Assembly (NCBI GenBank): GCA_035221665.1
Contig: CM069135.1
Location: 49,290,001 to 49,354,000, forward strand
DNA: 64,000 bases
Source of the DNA: Okamejei kenojei
Taxonomy: Eukaryota
Direction of reading: 5' to 3'
Shown here: in pieces, positions 48,700-62,301 of the stretch
Position numbering within the stretch: position 1 is the first letter of the stretch
Layout: each line of letters starts with the position of its first letter
Program-made: the position numbers and the translations under genes
The notes under the pieces: model-generated
Databases searched by the model: none
What the model was told of the DNA's origin: nothing
What the model saw: the letters and a program-made list of their open reading frames with translations, nothing else

Positions 48700-50891
48700 A
48701 TCGCCTCTACGTCCATGACCGTCATTTCGGTCGCCGTTTCCTGGTGGACTGCGGAGCGATCATCAGCATTCTCCCCCCGACTGGCCGTCAGACAACAGCC
48801 CCGCTGCACCGCGCAGCTCGCCTGTCCCTTAGCTTGACACCGTCATTAAAGTCGAGGGCTCATTCGCTACCTTGCTCTCTGATTTCCCCGAGATTCTTAC
48901 GCCCAATTTCAGCGGGGCGGCTCCCCGACACACGTCGTGCACCACATCCCCACCGAGGGCCCCCTGGTGCATGCTCGGGTGCGCCGCCTGCCTCTGGACC
49001 AGCTGCGCATCGCCCGGGATGAATTCCAATTGATGGAAGACATGGGCATTGTCTGGTGGTCCGACAGCCCGTGGGCCTCCCCGCTCCATATGCTCCCGAA
49101 AGCTTCTGGGGGGTGGAGACCATGCAGTGATTACAGGTGCCTCAACGTGGTGAACACGGCGGACCGCTACCTGGTGCCTCATATCCAGGATTCTCCGCGC
49201 ACCTCGAGGGCGCCGCTTTCTTCTCGAAAGTGGACCTGGACTGGGGTTATAACCAAATACCCGTCCACCCCAATGACGTTCCCAAGACCACCACCATTAC
49301 CATATTCGGCCTGTTTGAATGGCTTCGTATGCCTTTCAGCCTGAAGAAAGCCGCTCAGGCGTTCCAGCGGCTCATGGACCAGGTTGGGCGGGGCCTGCCT
49401 TTTGTTTTCATTTATTTGGATGACATTCTGGTTGCCAGCGCTTCGCAGGCGGAGCACGGCACCCACCTCCATAATTTGTTTCAGCACTTCTGCGATCACA
49501 GCCTGGTAATTAACCCCGCGAAGTGTGTGTTTGGCCTGCATTCCATTTCGTTTCTGGGTTACCCCGCAGGGTGCTACGACGCTCCCTGCGATGGTTGAGG
49601 CCATCCGGCAGTTTCCCCGGCCTCTCACCATCAAAGGGCTGCAGGTGTTTGTCGGCATGGTGAATTTTTATCACCGCTTCATCCTGGCGGCGGCTGCCAT
49701 CAAGCGCCTCCTGTTCCAGTGCCTGGCGGGCAAGTTGCGAGACCTGGTGTGGTCCACTGAGGCGGAACCGGCATACGAGGGTGTCAAGGCAGTGCTGGCT
49801 AATGCCATCATGCTGGTGCACTCACACACATCCGCCCCCACAGCGCTCACCGTCAACGCCTCGGATGCTGCTGTTGGTGCCGTTCTGGAGCAGTTCGTTG
49901 ACAACCGCTGGCAGCTGCTGGCATTTTTCAGTCATCAGCAGCGGGATCCAGAGTGCAAATACAGCTCTTTCGACCGAGAGCTCCTTGTGCTCTACCTGGC
50001 TGACAGGCATTTCATGTATTTCCTCGAGGGCCGCGCTTTCACCGCTTTCACGGACCACAAGCCTCTTATTTTTGACCTCAGTAAAATCACGGATCTGTGG
50101 TCTGCCAGGCAGCAGAGGCACCTTGACTACATCTCGGAATTCACGACAGATACCGCCTTGCAGCTGGGAAGCTTAACATCGTGGTCGACGCCTTGTCTTG
50201 CCCCGCCAGGCCCTCCGTTTTGGCTCTCGATCAAGGCATCAACTACGGCGAGCTGGCAGTAGCGCAGCAGGCTGATGCCAGTATGGCGGACTATCGCACC
50301 GCCAACTCTGGCCTCCGGCTAGCTGAAGTGCCTTGTGGCGCAACCGGTATCAATGTCCTGTGTGATATCTCCACAGGACGCGCCCGCCCGGTCATCCCCG
50401 TCAGTTGGAGACAGTGGGTTTTCAACGGGGTCCATGCTTTAGCCCGTCCATCCATACGTGCGACGTCCACCTTGTTGGCTGCCAAGTTTGTATGGCATGG
50501 ACCCCATAAGCAGGTGGCTGCCTGGGCCCGCACCTGTATCCCATGCCAGACCTCCAATGTCCAGCGACACGTGCAGCCTCCTGTGCAGGATTTCGCTATC
50601 CCAGAGGGCAGGTTCCTGCATGTCCATGTGGATCATGTTGGTCCCTTACCACATTCCCGAGGCGCCACATACCTGCTCACTATCGTTATCCATTTCACGA
50701 GGTGGCCAGAGGCGATTCCACTTTCGGATACCTCCGCCGAGGCTTGCACCCAGGCTATGGCGGCGTACTGGAGCGCCCGGTTAGGGGTACCCTCCGACAT
50801 CATCAAGGACAGAGGAGCCCAGTTCACCTCTTCCTTGTGGTCGGCCCTAGCACAGCTCTACGGTGCCCGGCTGCACCAGACGACTGCCTAA
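48700..50891 (+). pseudogene. Gypsy pol (PR-RT-RH-IN), frameshifted
   Basis: ORFs 48937..49344, 49137..49598, 49525..50262, 50181..50891 carry consecutive pol motifs. Confidence 0.9.
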
Positions 50892-53800
50892 TACCCGGAG
50901 AATAACCGGGGTTGTCGAAAGGTGTCAGGGCAGCGCACCAGTAAATCGCAGCTAGAAGGCCCGTGATATTCTGCAGTCCGGACAGGATGGACAGCTTGAT
51001 TCATTTTTAAGTGGGTCTCTCGCTGTGGTATTCGTAGTCACGCGCTAAAGAGGGATGTGGTGCTCTCGTTCTGGCCTTGACATTGTTATATGGCTAGGAT
51101 TACTGACGCGGAATTTTCCTCCGCCACCCGACAGGATGGTTACGGGCCCTTGTATTGCCTCGCACCGTTCGTGAACAGGGTAAGCACCGTTGCTCCCGTC
51201 CCCATTCCAGGCATAGGTTCGTACGCGCATATGTTTTCCCTACGCAGAGTATGCAGCGGTTCATATGAAAGGGCCTTTCCAGGGCGGCCGTGCAAGTGCA
51301 TGTCCACATTGGGCTGGGTTGCCGGGATGGGGTCTAGTTCCCACAGCCCGTCGCAAGCGGGTGGATGTTGATCGACCGCGGTTGGTCGTTGTCCACCGTT
51401 GACTTTAGGGGTTTGTCCGCACGGCCGTGTCCACACATAGTATGACCACTGTTACCCGTTTTGTTTCGCATGCAACCTTTGTACGGGCCCCCCCACAAAT
51501 TAGCGAGACCCTCATCGCCTCCCAGCCATGATTGCTGCACATACTGGTTTACGGGGCCCGACCCCTTGAGAGACCTAGACGTTCCGATTCATTCGGCTCC
51601 ATGCTCATTCCGTAACTCGGGTTCTGTGGGGGGGGGGGGCATTAGCGGCAACCTGCTGGGCCGCAGGTAGTCGACCCACGGATGGGTTACACGGGCATGT
51701 CATTTTGCACGCTTCAGTCTGTGCTCCCTACCGTCGCTCAGAACCCACCGTGGTGCTGGAACCCTTTATGCTGGTTGGTTTGAGACCAATTGTTATTTTT
51801 TTGTGTTTTGATAAACTAGAATTAAAAACACGACGCTTTTCTCAACAGCAAAAATCACAGCAACTGAATTCATAGTCAACATCTCAGACATGAAAAATGT
51901 AAGTTATATTGATCTACCTGACAATGATAAGCAGGGGGGTATCTCAATCAATCCATGCTTCTCCTAGTGGACGATAATCTGCCCAATTTCCGTTACTCAA
52001 TCACTAAGTGTTGAACTGCCCTGTTACCGGAATGTGTATTCAATTTTTGACGAGGTTAGTTAAAAAACTGCCTTTTTTTCAAGACATCAGCCTACCCTGA
52101 CCTAGATAGTTTGAGGGAAATTATAGTGAGGCTCGTCCATTTGTTACCATACAGTCCAGAGCATTCAAAGATCCAGCCTACTTTGCTCAAAGTGATACAC
52201 AGTTCTGTGCAGCTGGTCGTTAAAATGAACCCTCTATTTATGGTTTTTGGTATACGCCGTTTCTCCCACTAATCGGCAACCATCCGTCACCCTACTCCGG
52301 TGTTCCCCCTCCATATAATCTTCCCCATACTAGTCCTACAATCCCTAGTTAACCTCCTTCTTCAATCGCCTACCCTATCAATTTACCTCTTATATTCCTA
52401 CCCATGGCTTTTACATTTAAACCTATCATCTGCTTATTTGACATTTACTGCTTTTCACCTTGGGCACTTACTTCATAACCTGTGTAGAAAATGATTGAAG
52501 TACCCTGCATGCAACCTTAAATATTTTGCAACAGGGTACCCTGGTCAGTACCACATGATTTTAAACCTGATCATGGGAGCACTTGAGTGTCAAACTAAAT
52601 CGGACTCTTTGTGAGGGGTATTAAATCTGACTTGTGGGGCTGGTAGGGTGGGAACAGCCGATTAATGTGAGACGGTTCCCAAGCTGGTTAAGTGTAAATT
52701 TCTCCGCGATTTCTAGAAGCAATGATTAACTAAAATTACAATGATTGTAAGGCTGGGTAAGAAGAAGCTAAGTCCAGGAAATGTGACTGTAAAAACTAGA
52801 GTCCTACCAATTGCCTCAGTATGTTTGGACAAAGACCCATCATTTAATTTATTTGAATTTGTACTCACAATTTTGGAGATTAATAATCAAATCACTGTGG
52901 TTAAAGTGCCTCATTAATAAAGCCATCTTTTTATACAATTAGGTTTATCCTTGTTGAAATACCAGCAAGGAGCGTCGTACATCATTAACATTGCGGCCTA
53001 TATCTCAAGCAACCCCCCTCACACGGGCCTGTGTACTATGTTGTTGTGGCTAAAATTGATTAGACAGGCTATGAGATCAAGGGGCTGACAGAAATCGTGG
53101 GGATTCTGGATATACAAGTCATTTTGTAGATACCCTCTTAAACTATAAGTGGTGTTACCAAACGCTAAAATGTTTTGTCGTTTATTCAGAGTCACGTTAA
53201 TAATGGAAACAGTTTGCTGCACCTTGACCTGTTTTATTGAATGTCGTAATAAATCTTTGTTCCACCAAAAGCTTAAGCTACAGGAATTGTGACAATTACA
53301 TCAGAAAAATTATTAACTTATTCATTTCGCAGTTGAATTGCGACGTTGTGCGTGGTTAGATTTTTCCTGTGGCGATGAGAGTTGTTATGATCATGTTATG
53401 GCATGGAAATGGATACAAGATATAAAGAATTATCATTGAAACAAACTGTAGTAATAAATGAGAAAAAAGAACGATAAATTAATTATGTACATATTTGATG
53501 TTCATTTCACGGGTCAATGTAAAAAACATTAAGGGGAGAAAGGCAGCAGCAAATATTGAAATCAAAGTGATGTGAAATTCAGTGTACAGGCAAAAGCGAA
53601 GAATGTAGACCTTCGTCAGAATGATAGGAAGGACTCGAAGAGAGTGGATTAAGGTGAGCACCTTGGGAACATAATGGAGTGCCAGGATAAATTATTTCTA
53701 AAATAACGCACGTATTAAAAGCAAATCATAAACAGTACATTCAGTAATTCAGCAAACAGAGTTATACCATTCTTATTTTCCATTTTCATCTTAATAAACG

Positions 53801-54184
53801 GCCACTTCTCTCATCATCCTGTTATTATCCCAAAGTTCCCATTAAATTTGCCACCCAGTTGTTTCATACTGAATAATTATATTCATAAGATTATAATGAA
53901 GGTAAACAAAACAACACTTTTAATTTCCTACTATGAAAAAATAAGAGCAGAACTTCTTGAGCACTCGCAAAAGAATTCTGCCCCTCTGTGGGATAGTCTC
54001 TATTTCTGAATTTTGTTCTGGTGACTTTTTCTGAGCAATCTCCTGCCTGCTATTTTGACGCACCCTTTTCCAGTCAGTATACTCTGAAAATTGGTCTAGT
54101 CGATTAAATTTATTGGCAATATATATTATTCTTTTTTACATGCTTACCGAAATATCTAAACCAATTATAACATTATCATCTAAA

Positions 54185-57100
54185 TATATGATATACGAGG
54201 AACCTACCTGTTTCGAAGTTTGAGCGGTATTTTAACGAGGAGTTACGATGAGGAATTTACGTGAAAACCCGACTCCCGCGGTTACGCATAACTTTCAAAA
54301 GCAACGCAGATAAAACACAGAAACCAAAGACGAGTGTAACATAGTTAAGGATCATAAAAAGGACTGTGAAACCAACATTAGACTCAATTTTATTTTTTAG
54401 TAGGGTGGAGTGGAGGGCACTAACTCACATCTTAACCTCGTAAAATAACGATTCATACTCGAACAGGTTGAGTTTCGCGTGTTATCTTACTTTTTACTTC
54501 GGTGATTCCACTGAGTGGACACGTGATGAAGTTTAAAGCTGTCTTGTGTTTGTTATGTCGTAGACTTAATCCCGGACACATCAGGGCTAATAAAACACAA
54601 TACTAGTAAGCCCACAATGTTAGATATTTTCAATCCAAGTTTGTATGCTGAATCCATTTATACCTCCTTATATTGTGGGAAAAAAGGATTACCGTACAAA
54701 GATTATATTAGTGACTACCAACCTGAAGTATACAAGTTAATAGCAACAAAGCGAGAGAATATAGTTTTAAAAAGGACTGGCAGATTGTGAGATCCGAGGG
54801 TACACAAAAGCGGAGAAACTCGGCGGTGTGCAAGCGCATCTTAAGGAGCGAAGGTGATAGGCCACTTGCGGCCCGGCACCATTCTTCAACTGTCAGGATC
54901 AGGGGAAAACGGAGAGATATAGACGGTGATGTGAAGGATAAGGAAACAATGAGGAAAGATATGCAAAAAAGTATCGTGATAAAGGAACAAGCCTTTGTTA
55001 AAGCGGTATTGTGGTGTATGAAAAGAGAAGACTGGTGCAACGAGGGTTGGGAGAGATAAGAGTAGAGAATGAATGCCCAGTGCCCAGGGGCGGAGAGAGT
55101 GGGAAGAGAACAGCAGGTGAACAAAAGAGAACTTCTATATTCTAGGCCCAAAGATGCATATCTCCCAAAGCGGATTATGAGTGGCTGTCCTCAGCTTGCG
55201 GTGTTTGCTTCCTCTGGCCGTGGAGGCCCAGGACCGAGTGTCGAGTGAATGTGGAGGGAGTTGAAGTTGGCAGTGCCACACGGGATGTCGGGTTTGGGTT
55301 ATGGCGACAGCGGAGCGGAGTTGTTCGGCGATGCAGATCCGCAAGCCTCCGCTAGGTCTCACCGAGATATATCATCTGGCATTGAGCTCGGATGCAGTAG
55401 AATAGTTGAAGATGCAGGTAAACGCTGTCGGACCTGGAAGGGACTGCTTGGGGTCCATGAAAGGGTGGGAGGGGGAGGTAAGACAAAGTGGTTGCTTTCT
55501 TCTGGGTGCATTGGGAAAGTGCCCGGGAAGGGGTTGGTAGAGTGGGGAGAGGGAAGAATGGACAAGGAGTGGCGAGGGAGCGGTCTTTGGCGAAGGCTGA
55601 ACAGGGGGGGAGATGGAAGAGGCTTTGAGGGTCACGTTGGAGGTGGCGAAAACTGGCGAGGTCTATATGTTTATTTGCCGGCTGGTTGGTGAAATAGGAC
55701 CAGGGGGACCTGCCCTGTTTGCATGGGGATATGGGGGAGAGAGGCAGTGTTTGCGGGGTATCGGAGAGAGACCTGGTGCAATGCTCTCAATCAATAGGTG
55801 GAGGAAGCCCGTTCTCTGAGATAGGCCCAGTTGGTTGACCTGTGTGAAAACCCATCCTTGAGCAGATCGGCGTAGAGGACGGAAATGGGAAAGGGATGGA
55901 GTACTTACAGAACAGGGAGGGAAAGTTGTCCACGGTTAGATGTTGCGGAGTCTGAAGGTGTAGGGGATGTCGCTGAGCGTATCCCCTGGCAATTAGTGAA
56001 TGGTAGGGTCAAGGAAATGTAGGGGAAGTGTTCGAAATGGTCCAAGTTTAAAGTAGGCCGGATGAAGGTGTGGTGAAAAGGAAGAAGTCAGTTATAGAAT
56101 GAATAGTGCTCCCAAACACCGCGGTTTCAAAACTGTCATAGTGTGAACAGTTTGTGTAGAACGTGAAATAGTTTCTTCTTTACTAACCCTGGCAGTTTAA
56201 AAATTTGATCATGTGTACGGCCCGCTCCCTTCACCGCGAACTGACTGCCCCCAGTGGAGGGTAGATTTAAGACATAAGTGTCTTCACGCTAAATAACCAA
56301 CATTCAACATTTTAGCTAGTTGAAAAGCTTGTGTGTGGCCTGTTGTGCGTAAGCCAGCAATGTCTGTTCCGTGTTCCTCGAAAAAGTTGTCCGTCTCTTA
56401 ATTCATTGTTCTAAATGTCTAACACACAACAAAGGCAACTTCAATAATGAAAAAGCTTGATAGTTTAATTTGTTTCCAGTATCTCCTCTGCTATCTTTGT
56501 TTGATAAGATCGTAACATAGATTAAAACGTTATATGTATTTATAACATGCATAACAGTCCTTAACACACATTTGTAATGTTTGCACTTTGGCTGAAGACC
56601 TGTGACATTAACATGACAATTTTATGTTAAACTATCCCATGACAACCCTTCAATTAGCAGTTCCATCTCTATGTAGAGGATAGTATAGCTCACATCCCAA
56701 ATCCTCTTGTATTTCTAGGTTGTGCATGTGAAACATTTCTGTTCATATTCGATAATGGCTGCGACCCAAGGGATTCTATATCACCATCATAAGTCCTAGA
56801 TGAACGAAAACCACGCTTCATTGGTAAGCACGTAACCTTAAATGGTGACCTAAAGCCAAATTGGCAGGAATTCCAAAAACAGGAGTAACATTCACATAAT
56901 CATCAGAATATTTTGGACTGTGTGCAAAATCTTCTATTTCTTAATATGTGTCATATATTGTTTCTGTGTGCTATCTCGCCATGATGTGCCAATAACTGTC
57001 AAGTTTGGTCCGACAATCCCAGTTCCTGTAGTGGTCTGGGTCAAAACCTGCAGATTAACAATTTCATATATGCATATAATGGGTAATCTTCATTTGTTAC

Positions 57101-60100
57101 TGGATTAGTCAAGATATCACTTACAGTTAAGAATATGCATATACGGTTCTTTAATCATATTCAGCCAAACTGGGAACCAAGGTTGAGTTGGCCAATTTGG
57201 CACTACCAACAATCCGGAAGCTGAATCTTGCTCTATTTTCTTCAAGCATCTCTGGATCAGAGCAAATGGTGGAAAAGCATAAAAGAACATTTTTCCCAGT
57301 GTAATAAAAATGCATCTACTGCAACTGCGTCCGGATCAGTGTTCCCAAAACACATAATGAGGCAAGTGATGATTAAGCCTGGATGCAAACAAATCAATTT
57401 CTGCAACCCAAATCGTCGAACAATATTCTTAAATATTGGTGGCTTAAACATCCATTTCGTATTATCTTTAAAAATCCTGGACCTTTCATCTGCTACCACA
57501 TTGTCTTTACCTGGAGTATAGCTTACTGCAATCCATATCTGCCGACCAATACACCATTGCCATATCTCATTGACCAGACAATCACATGATACTGATCCAA
57601 CTCTCCCCATGTGATTAATGTAAACCACAGCTGCTTTATTGTGTAATTGTATTAACACCTGCTAGACCTTGTTTAGCACAACAATATGCTTTAAAGCCCA
57701 TAAAAGGCCCCCAATAACTCCCAATAGTTAATACCATACTCTTGGAGAAACACTTGTTCTTCAGTTTTCCATCTACCTCCACAACTGGAGGATAAAATCT
57801 GTGGCCCCCATCCGAGAGCACTAGCATCTGTATGTAAACCATTTCAGGCGTTTAATTCATAATATTTATTAGCAGCTGTGTGACATTTTCCTTTTTTTAA
57901 CCCACCCATTGTAAATTTCCAATACAGCTTCTTTTGTTAATTACATAGGCCTGTCAAAATGGCCTGCCTTCTCTTTGAGAGCTTGTATCTTGTACCTTCG
58001 AAGTTATCAATTAAATGTAATGAAACCAAATTCTACTGCAGGAAATGCTGCTAACAAGTTCACCAATGGTTGTCACCATTTCTCGGATGGAAGGATAAGG
58101 TTTTGAATGAGATAATGACAAGTTACCAAAATATCATCGACTTTATCTGCTGGTAAAGGTATTAACATAGTCACTGAGTTAATTACAAACCCCAAAAGTT
58201 AAATTGTTTGTGCTGGCTTGCAGCTGGGGCTTAATTAGATGAATTCAAGAACCTTAGCTTACCACAAAGCTTTAGTAACTGAGACTGATCCTCAGCTGAC
58301 TCCTGATAAGTCACTAATGACCAGAATGTCATTGAGATAAGCCATAATGATGTGCATTTTGTGCTCTAATTGGGCTAAACTGGTTTCAACAGTTTCGTAA
58401 AGAGTAAAAAGCTGAACTCAGTCCATTTGGCAAAGCTTAACTGCCAGAATTGTCACAACCAATTAAAATTTAAGTACACCGAGACCTGATGCATAGGTAC
58501 AGAATAATAGGCGTCTTTTCATCAATCTTAGCCATATAACAACCTGCTGAATTAAATATTTTGCAGTATTCAATGTCTCCATTTGAACATGTTTGTATTC
58601 TACAAACTTATTTAGACCTGTAAGGTCCAGAATACTTCTGCAACCCATCATCTGTAATGCCTTCTATCTACATTAAAGACAAATTTTATGCTCGTGTTCA
58701 AATCTTTTCCATTACCTCTTTTCCAGATTAATTAGGCAATGTGAACATAAATCTCTGCTTTTTCAATTGCAGAAAACACGAAAACATAAGCAGGTTTATT
58801 CTGTACAGGAGGATTAACCTCTTTTTTTTAAAAGTAATAGTAGTTTAAATGAAACTGCTCGTAATATACTGATCAAAAATAATAGTAAGCCAGTCTTAAT
58901 AAACTTTTTGTAATCTCCCTCTAACTGGAGATTAATCCGCAGTTTCTTTAAGCAGGGAACAAGTCTTTAATTCCTCTGCATATGAGCGTGGTGTTCTCCT
59001 TATCCCTGAATTCGGGTAAGTATTTTGGTTGTGCAATACAATAAAACTTCCTTGACATATTTCTGCCTCTATTTCCAATATCAAATCCCCTTCTGGGCGA
59101 AAATACCTTTTCGTCCAAAGACGAAGGTTTCATGCAGCTAAAAATTTAGCTTTTCATCCAATTTCAATAAAATTAGGCAGATTACTCCAAACAGATAACC
59201 AAGAGCTTAAACACCACTTGCTCAACACAGGTATGCAACCTTGGGTGAAAAAATGGCCCAAATAGCCATTTATATTATATAAAATTTCATAGAAAGAAAT
59301 TGCACAATAGCGTCTTTATTTATGTTTTCCTTTCATTTGCCAAAAGCCATAATAGCAGCAGAATAATTTGTGAGGATTTTTAAACCTCACTATTTTGACG
59401 CTCTCATATTGGAGTCATGGATGCCCATATAACGGATAAACCGTAGCTCTTCCAATGAGGCACAATTTCCTGTGCTGTGCAATTTTAATATTTCAATCAT
59501 CACAGAATCATGAAGTTGGTGAGATACCATATATATATGTTGGCAGCCTAGGATTTCTTCCATAGCTTCACCACTTCCTTCATATATAGCAAAACCTTTT
59601 GCTATTCCATGCATCTTTGGCCTCTTTTCATATTTTTTCATTTTATTTTTATTTTTTATTTTGTGGTGTGCTTTCAAAATGCAAAATCACCATCAACAGG
59701 GTCTGCCTTCTGCAGCCCTAAATCAATTTGGGATTTCATCCATGAGACTTCTTCCGGCCCAAATCCTGGGTCCGGAGTTCCAACTTCCAATTAGGCCCAT
59801 GCATATTCAGAATAATTAAACCCTCAGGCTAACCTTAGGAACCTTCAGGTACTATGACCCTAGTCTCATAATTATTTGGAGAACTTTCTCCATATGCTCC
59901 ATAATCAGTTCCACATAGTTTACTTATGTGAGGATTTTTCAATGTCAGAGTCATCAGAACCACGGCCTCACAGATTTTTTATTTTATTTTATTTTCCATT
60001 TTTCATATTCGGAGCATTTCTCTCCGTGGTTATCATTTTGTAAACTAATTCGCTAACGGGTATATCTGCGGCCACCGGTATCGGAACCGCTCCGCACTAG

Positions 60101-60416
60101 CTTTCCCGTATATTTATTTTTTTCACCCCAGGAAGCATTTAACCGCGAATATAATTTACTTCATCATTTGTGCTTATCCAGCACTAACATGACTCTGACC
60201 TGTTTTTACTTAACAAATTTCCTATACTGCTGGACCTACCCACTGCGCCCCGCTAAAAAACCCAACTTTACTGTTCTTACCTGCGGGCCGTTCCGACCGC
60301 TGCGAGGAGCTGCTCCTTACTGCAGCTCCACCTTCTGCCGTCAGCGTCGACGTCATGCCGTTACCAGCGTGAGGCGGGTTCTTCACGTAGTCACTCACGT
60401 GACTCCGAAGTAAAAT
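54185..60416 (-). mobile_element. DIRS1-type retrotransposon copy C (degraded/garbled)
   Basis: Left terminus ttcacgtagtcactcacgtgactccgaagtaaaat ending at 60416; RT ILDLTGLNKFVEYKH; RH VVYINHMG...YTPGKDNVVADERSR; garbled right terminus/ICR 54190-54540. Confidence 0.82.
54790..56080 (-). mobile_element. Penelope-like element (GIY-YIG region + pseudo-LTR) inserted in DIRS C
   Basis: FPGTFP, PKQS.QVRQ.FTC, YIGET-type motifs across frames, followed by the pseudo-LTR family motif at 54795-54900. Confidence 0.78.
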
Positions 60417-60537
60417 GCCTGATTAAGTGGAATAACAGAGCATTCACCCGACTATTGGGAGTGGAATCATAGAATTTACAGCATGAAAACAGTTCCTTCA
60501 GACCACCACCAAACTCCCATTTACACTAATGCCAGTG

Positions 60538-60833
60538 TAGTTTAGCTTAGAGCTACAGCACAGAAACAGGCGCTTTGGCCCACCGAGTCCACACCGACCA
60601 GCAATTCCCGCACATTAACACTATCCTACACACTGGGGACAATTTACATTTATACCAAGCCAAGTAACCTACAAACCTGTACGTCTTTGGAATGTGGGAG
60701 GAAACGGAATATCTCGGAGAAAACCCACGTAGGTCAGGGGAGAATGTACAAACTCTGTATAGACAGCACCTGCAATCAGGATTGAACCTGGGTTCACTGT
60801 CGCCGTAAGGCAGTAATTCCACCGCTGCACCAC
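60538..60833 (-). mobile_element. V-SINE/HE1-type SINE
   Basis: Highly similar to 34410-34713. Confidence 0.88.
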
Positions 60834-61889
60834 ATGTTTTACCACTTGCCCATATACAGGGTGTAATTGACAATGGCTGATGAATCTACCATTAGAACAT
60901 TATAGTAAAGTGGAGCGCCCAGACAAAACTCATATGGTCATAGGTAGAATGAGCACCAGATGTCCCGATTAAAGCAGGGTCACTGGAACTTTGAAGAAGC
61001 AGCAGCTTATTTCAAAATCATTAGCTGACTCATTGATATGAAATTGTGCAAAAAATACACGTTTCTCTCCACATGCAATTTCCTTTAGTGCAACCTGTAC
61101 ATACGACTTGTCAACCTATTAATGTTGACACAGAAATAGGAAAGCTGGTCCTATTTATTTTCATTCAGCTCTACACTGGAACAATCTGGCAGGAGTCATT
61201 GGCACATTGTGATGCTATTGTGCACTATGAAATTTCCTTTTACTTCAGGTGCAGCTGACAATCTGAAAGACAAGTACTAAGCATATTTCAGGAATATTGC
61301 AATAAACAAATGTCGGCAAAATATGTTAAATTGCAGTTGAAAATGTATGACATCGAAAATGAATTCAGGAATTCAACAGAGATGTTCAACAAAGTCCATA
61401 AAAGAAAACCATGTGTACTACTATTCAATTAAGATCAATGTAAACTGCACAAGGACATCTTTTTCACACAGAGCAAGCTAGAATATTTATTATTTCTATA
61501 TAGCTGTTTCACCAGGCTGTTAAAATGATAGATACGGTTGTTGTCAGCAGGTAGCCTGAAAATGTTTTCCTTGCTCACACAGAAAACAACTGCCTAAAAT
61601 TGGATTGCACATAAATAATGATAAGGAGGTAGGTTGATGTTCTTCGTCTACTTCTGGATATGGTTCTGACAGCCACATATAATCTGCTAAATTGTGAAAC
61701 AGTCTTAGTTCATAAGTACATTTGAAAGGAGCTCATAGGACAAAATGGTCTTGTCTGTGAGGTCTTAAAACATGGCGGTACAAGTTCACTTTTAAACAAG
61801 TTAGGGTCCCTCTCCTGTCATGGATTCATAGAAAATTGGAGCCGTAGGGAGATAACATTATGGAATCAGACCCTCCAATCCGTTTGTAG

Positions 61890-62012
61890 ACAGGAACTGC
61901 AGATGCTGGTTTATATCGATGATATACGCAAAGTACTGGAGTTCAGGCAGCATCTCTGGAAAATAAAGGATGGGTGGCATTTTGGGTCAGAAATTGCCTG
62001 TCTGAAAAAGGA
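61890..62012 (-). mobile_element. Penelope pseudo-LTR fragment
   Basis: ggaactgcagatgctggttta...caggcagcatctctgga motif. Confidence 0.65.
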
Positions 62013-62301
62013 TTCTGATTTTCTACTACTTCTACTACTCACCAACACACTGGGGTCCATATATAGTAGCCAAATAACCTATTTTACTTCGGAGTCACGT
62101 GAGTGACTACGTGAAGAAGGCCGTCAGTCGTCATGTGCGTCATTACGTCTGAAGCATGCGCCAACGACTGACTGGCAGGCGTGTTGCATCTCTCCAGCGG
62201 TAAGTTTTAAAAACCGAGGTAAGTGTTTTTTAATAAGTTACTTACGGTCGTTGTTTGGCAGGTTCTGTTGTTAGTTTTTCTACCAACAGAACTAACCTAC
62301 C

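Larger units (their letters stand above)
47702..51850 (+). mobile_element. Ty3/Gypsy LTR retrotransposon (degenerate, both LTRs present)
   Basis: 5' LTR 47702-47926, PBS, gag with CYYHLRFGMEARRCRKTC zinc knuckle, protease FLVDCGA, RT IYLDDILV, RNase H FTDHKPL, integrase HHCC and DRGAQFTS, G-run PPT ~51628-51639, 3' LTR ~51641-51850. Confidence 0.92.

Noticed and set aside
51045-51620. Extra ORF/env between Gypsy integrase and 3' LTR
   Set aside because: Length fits the integrase C-terminus; the sequence is garbled and the ORFs have no recognisable motifs.
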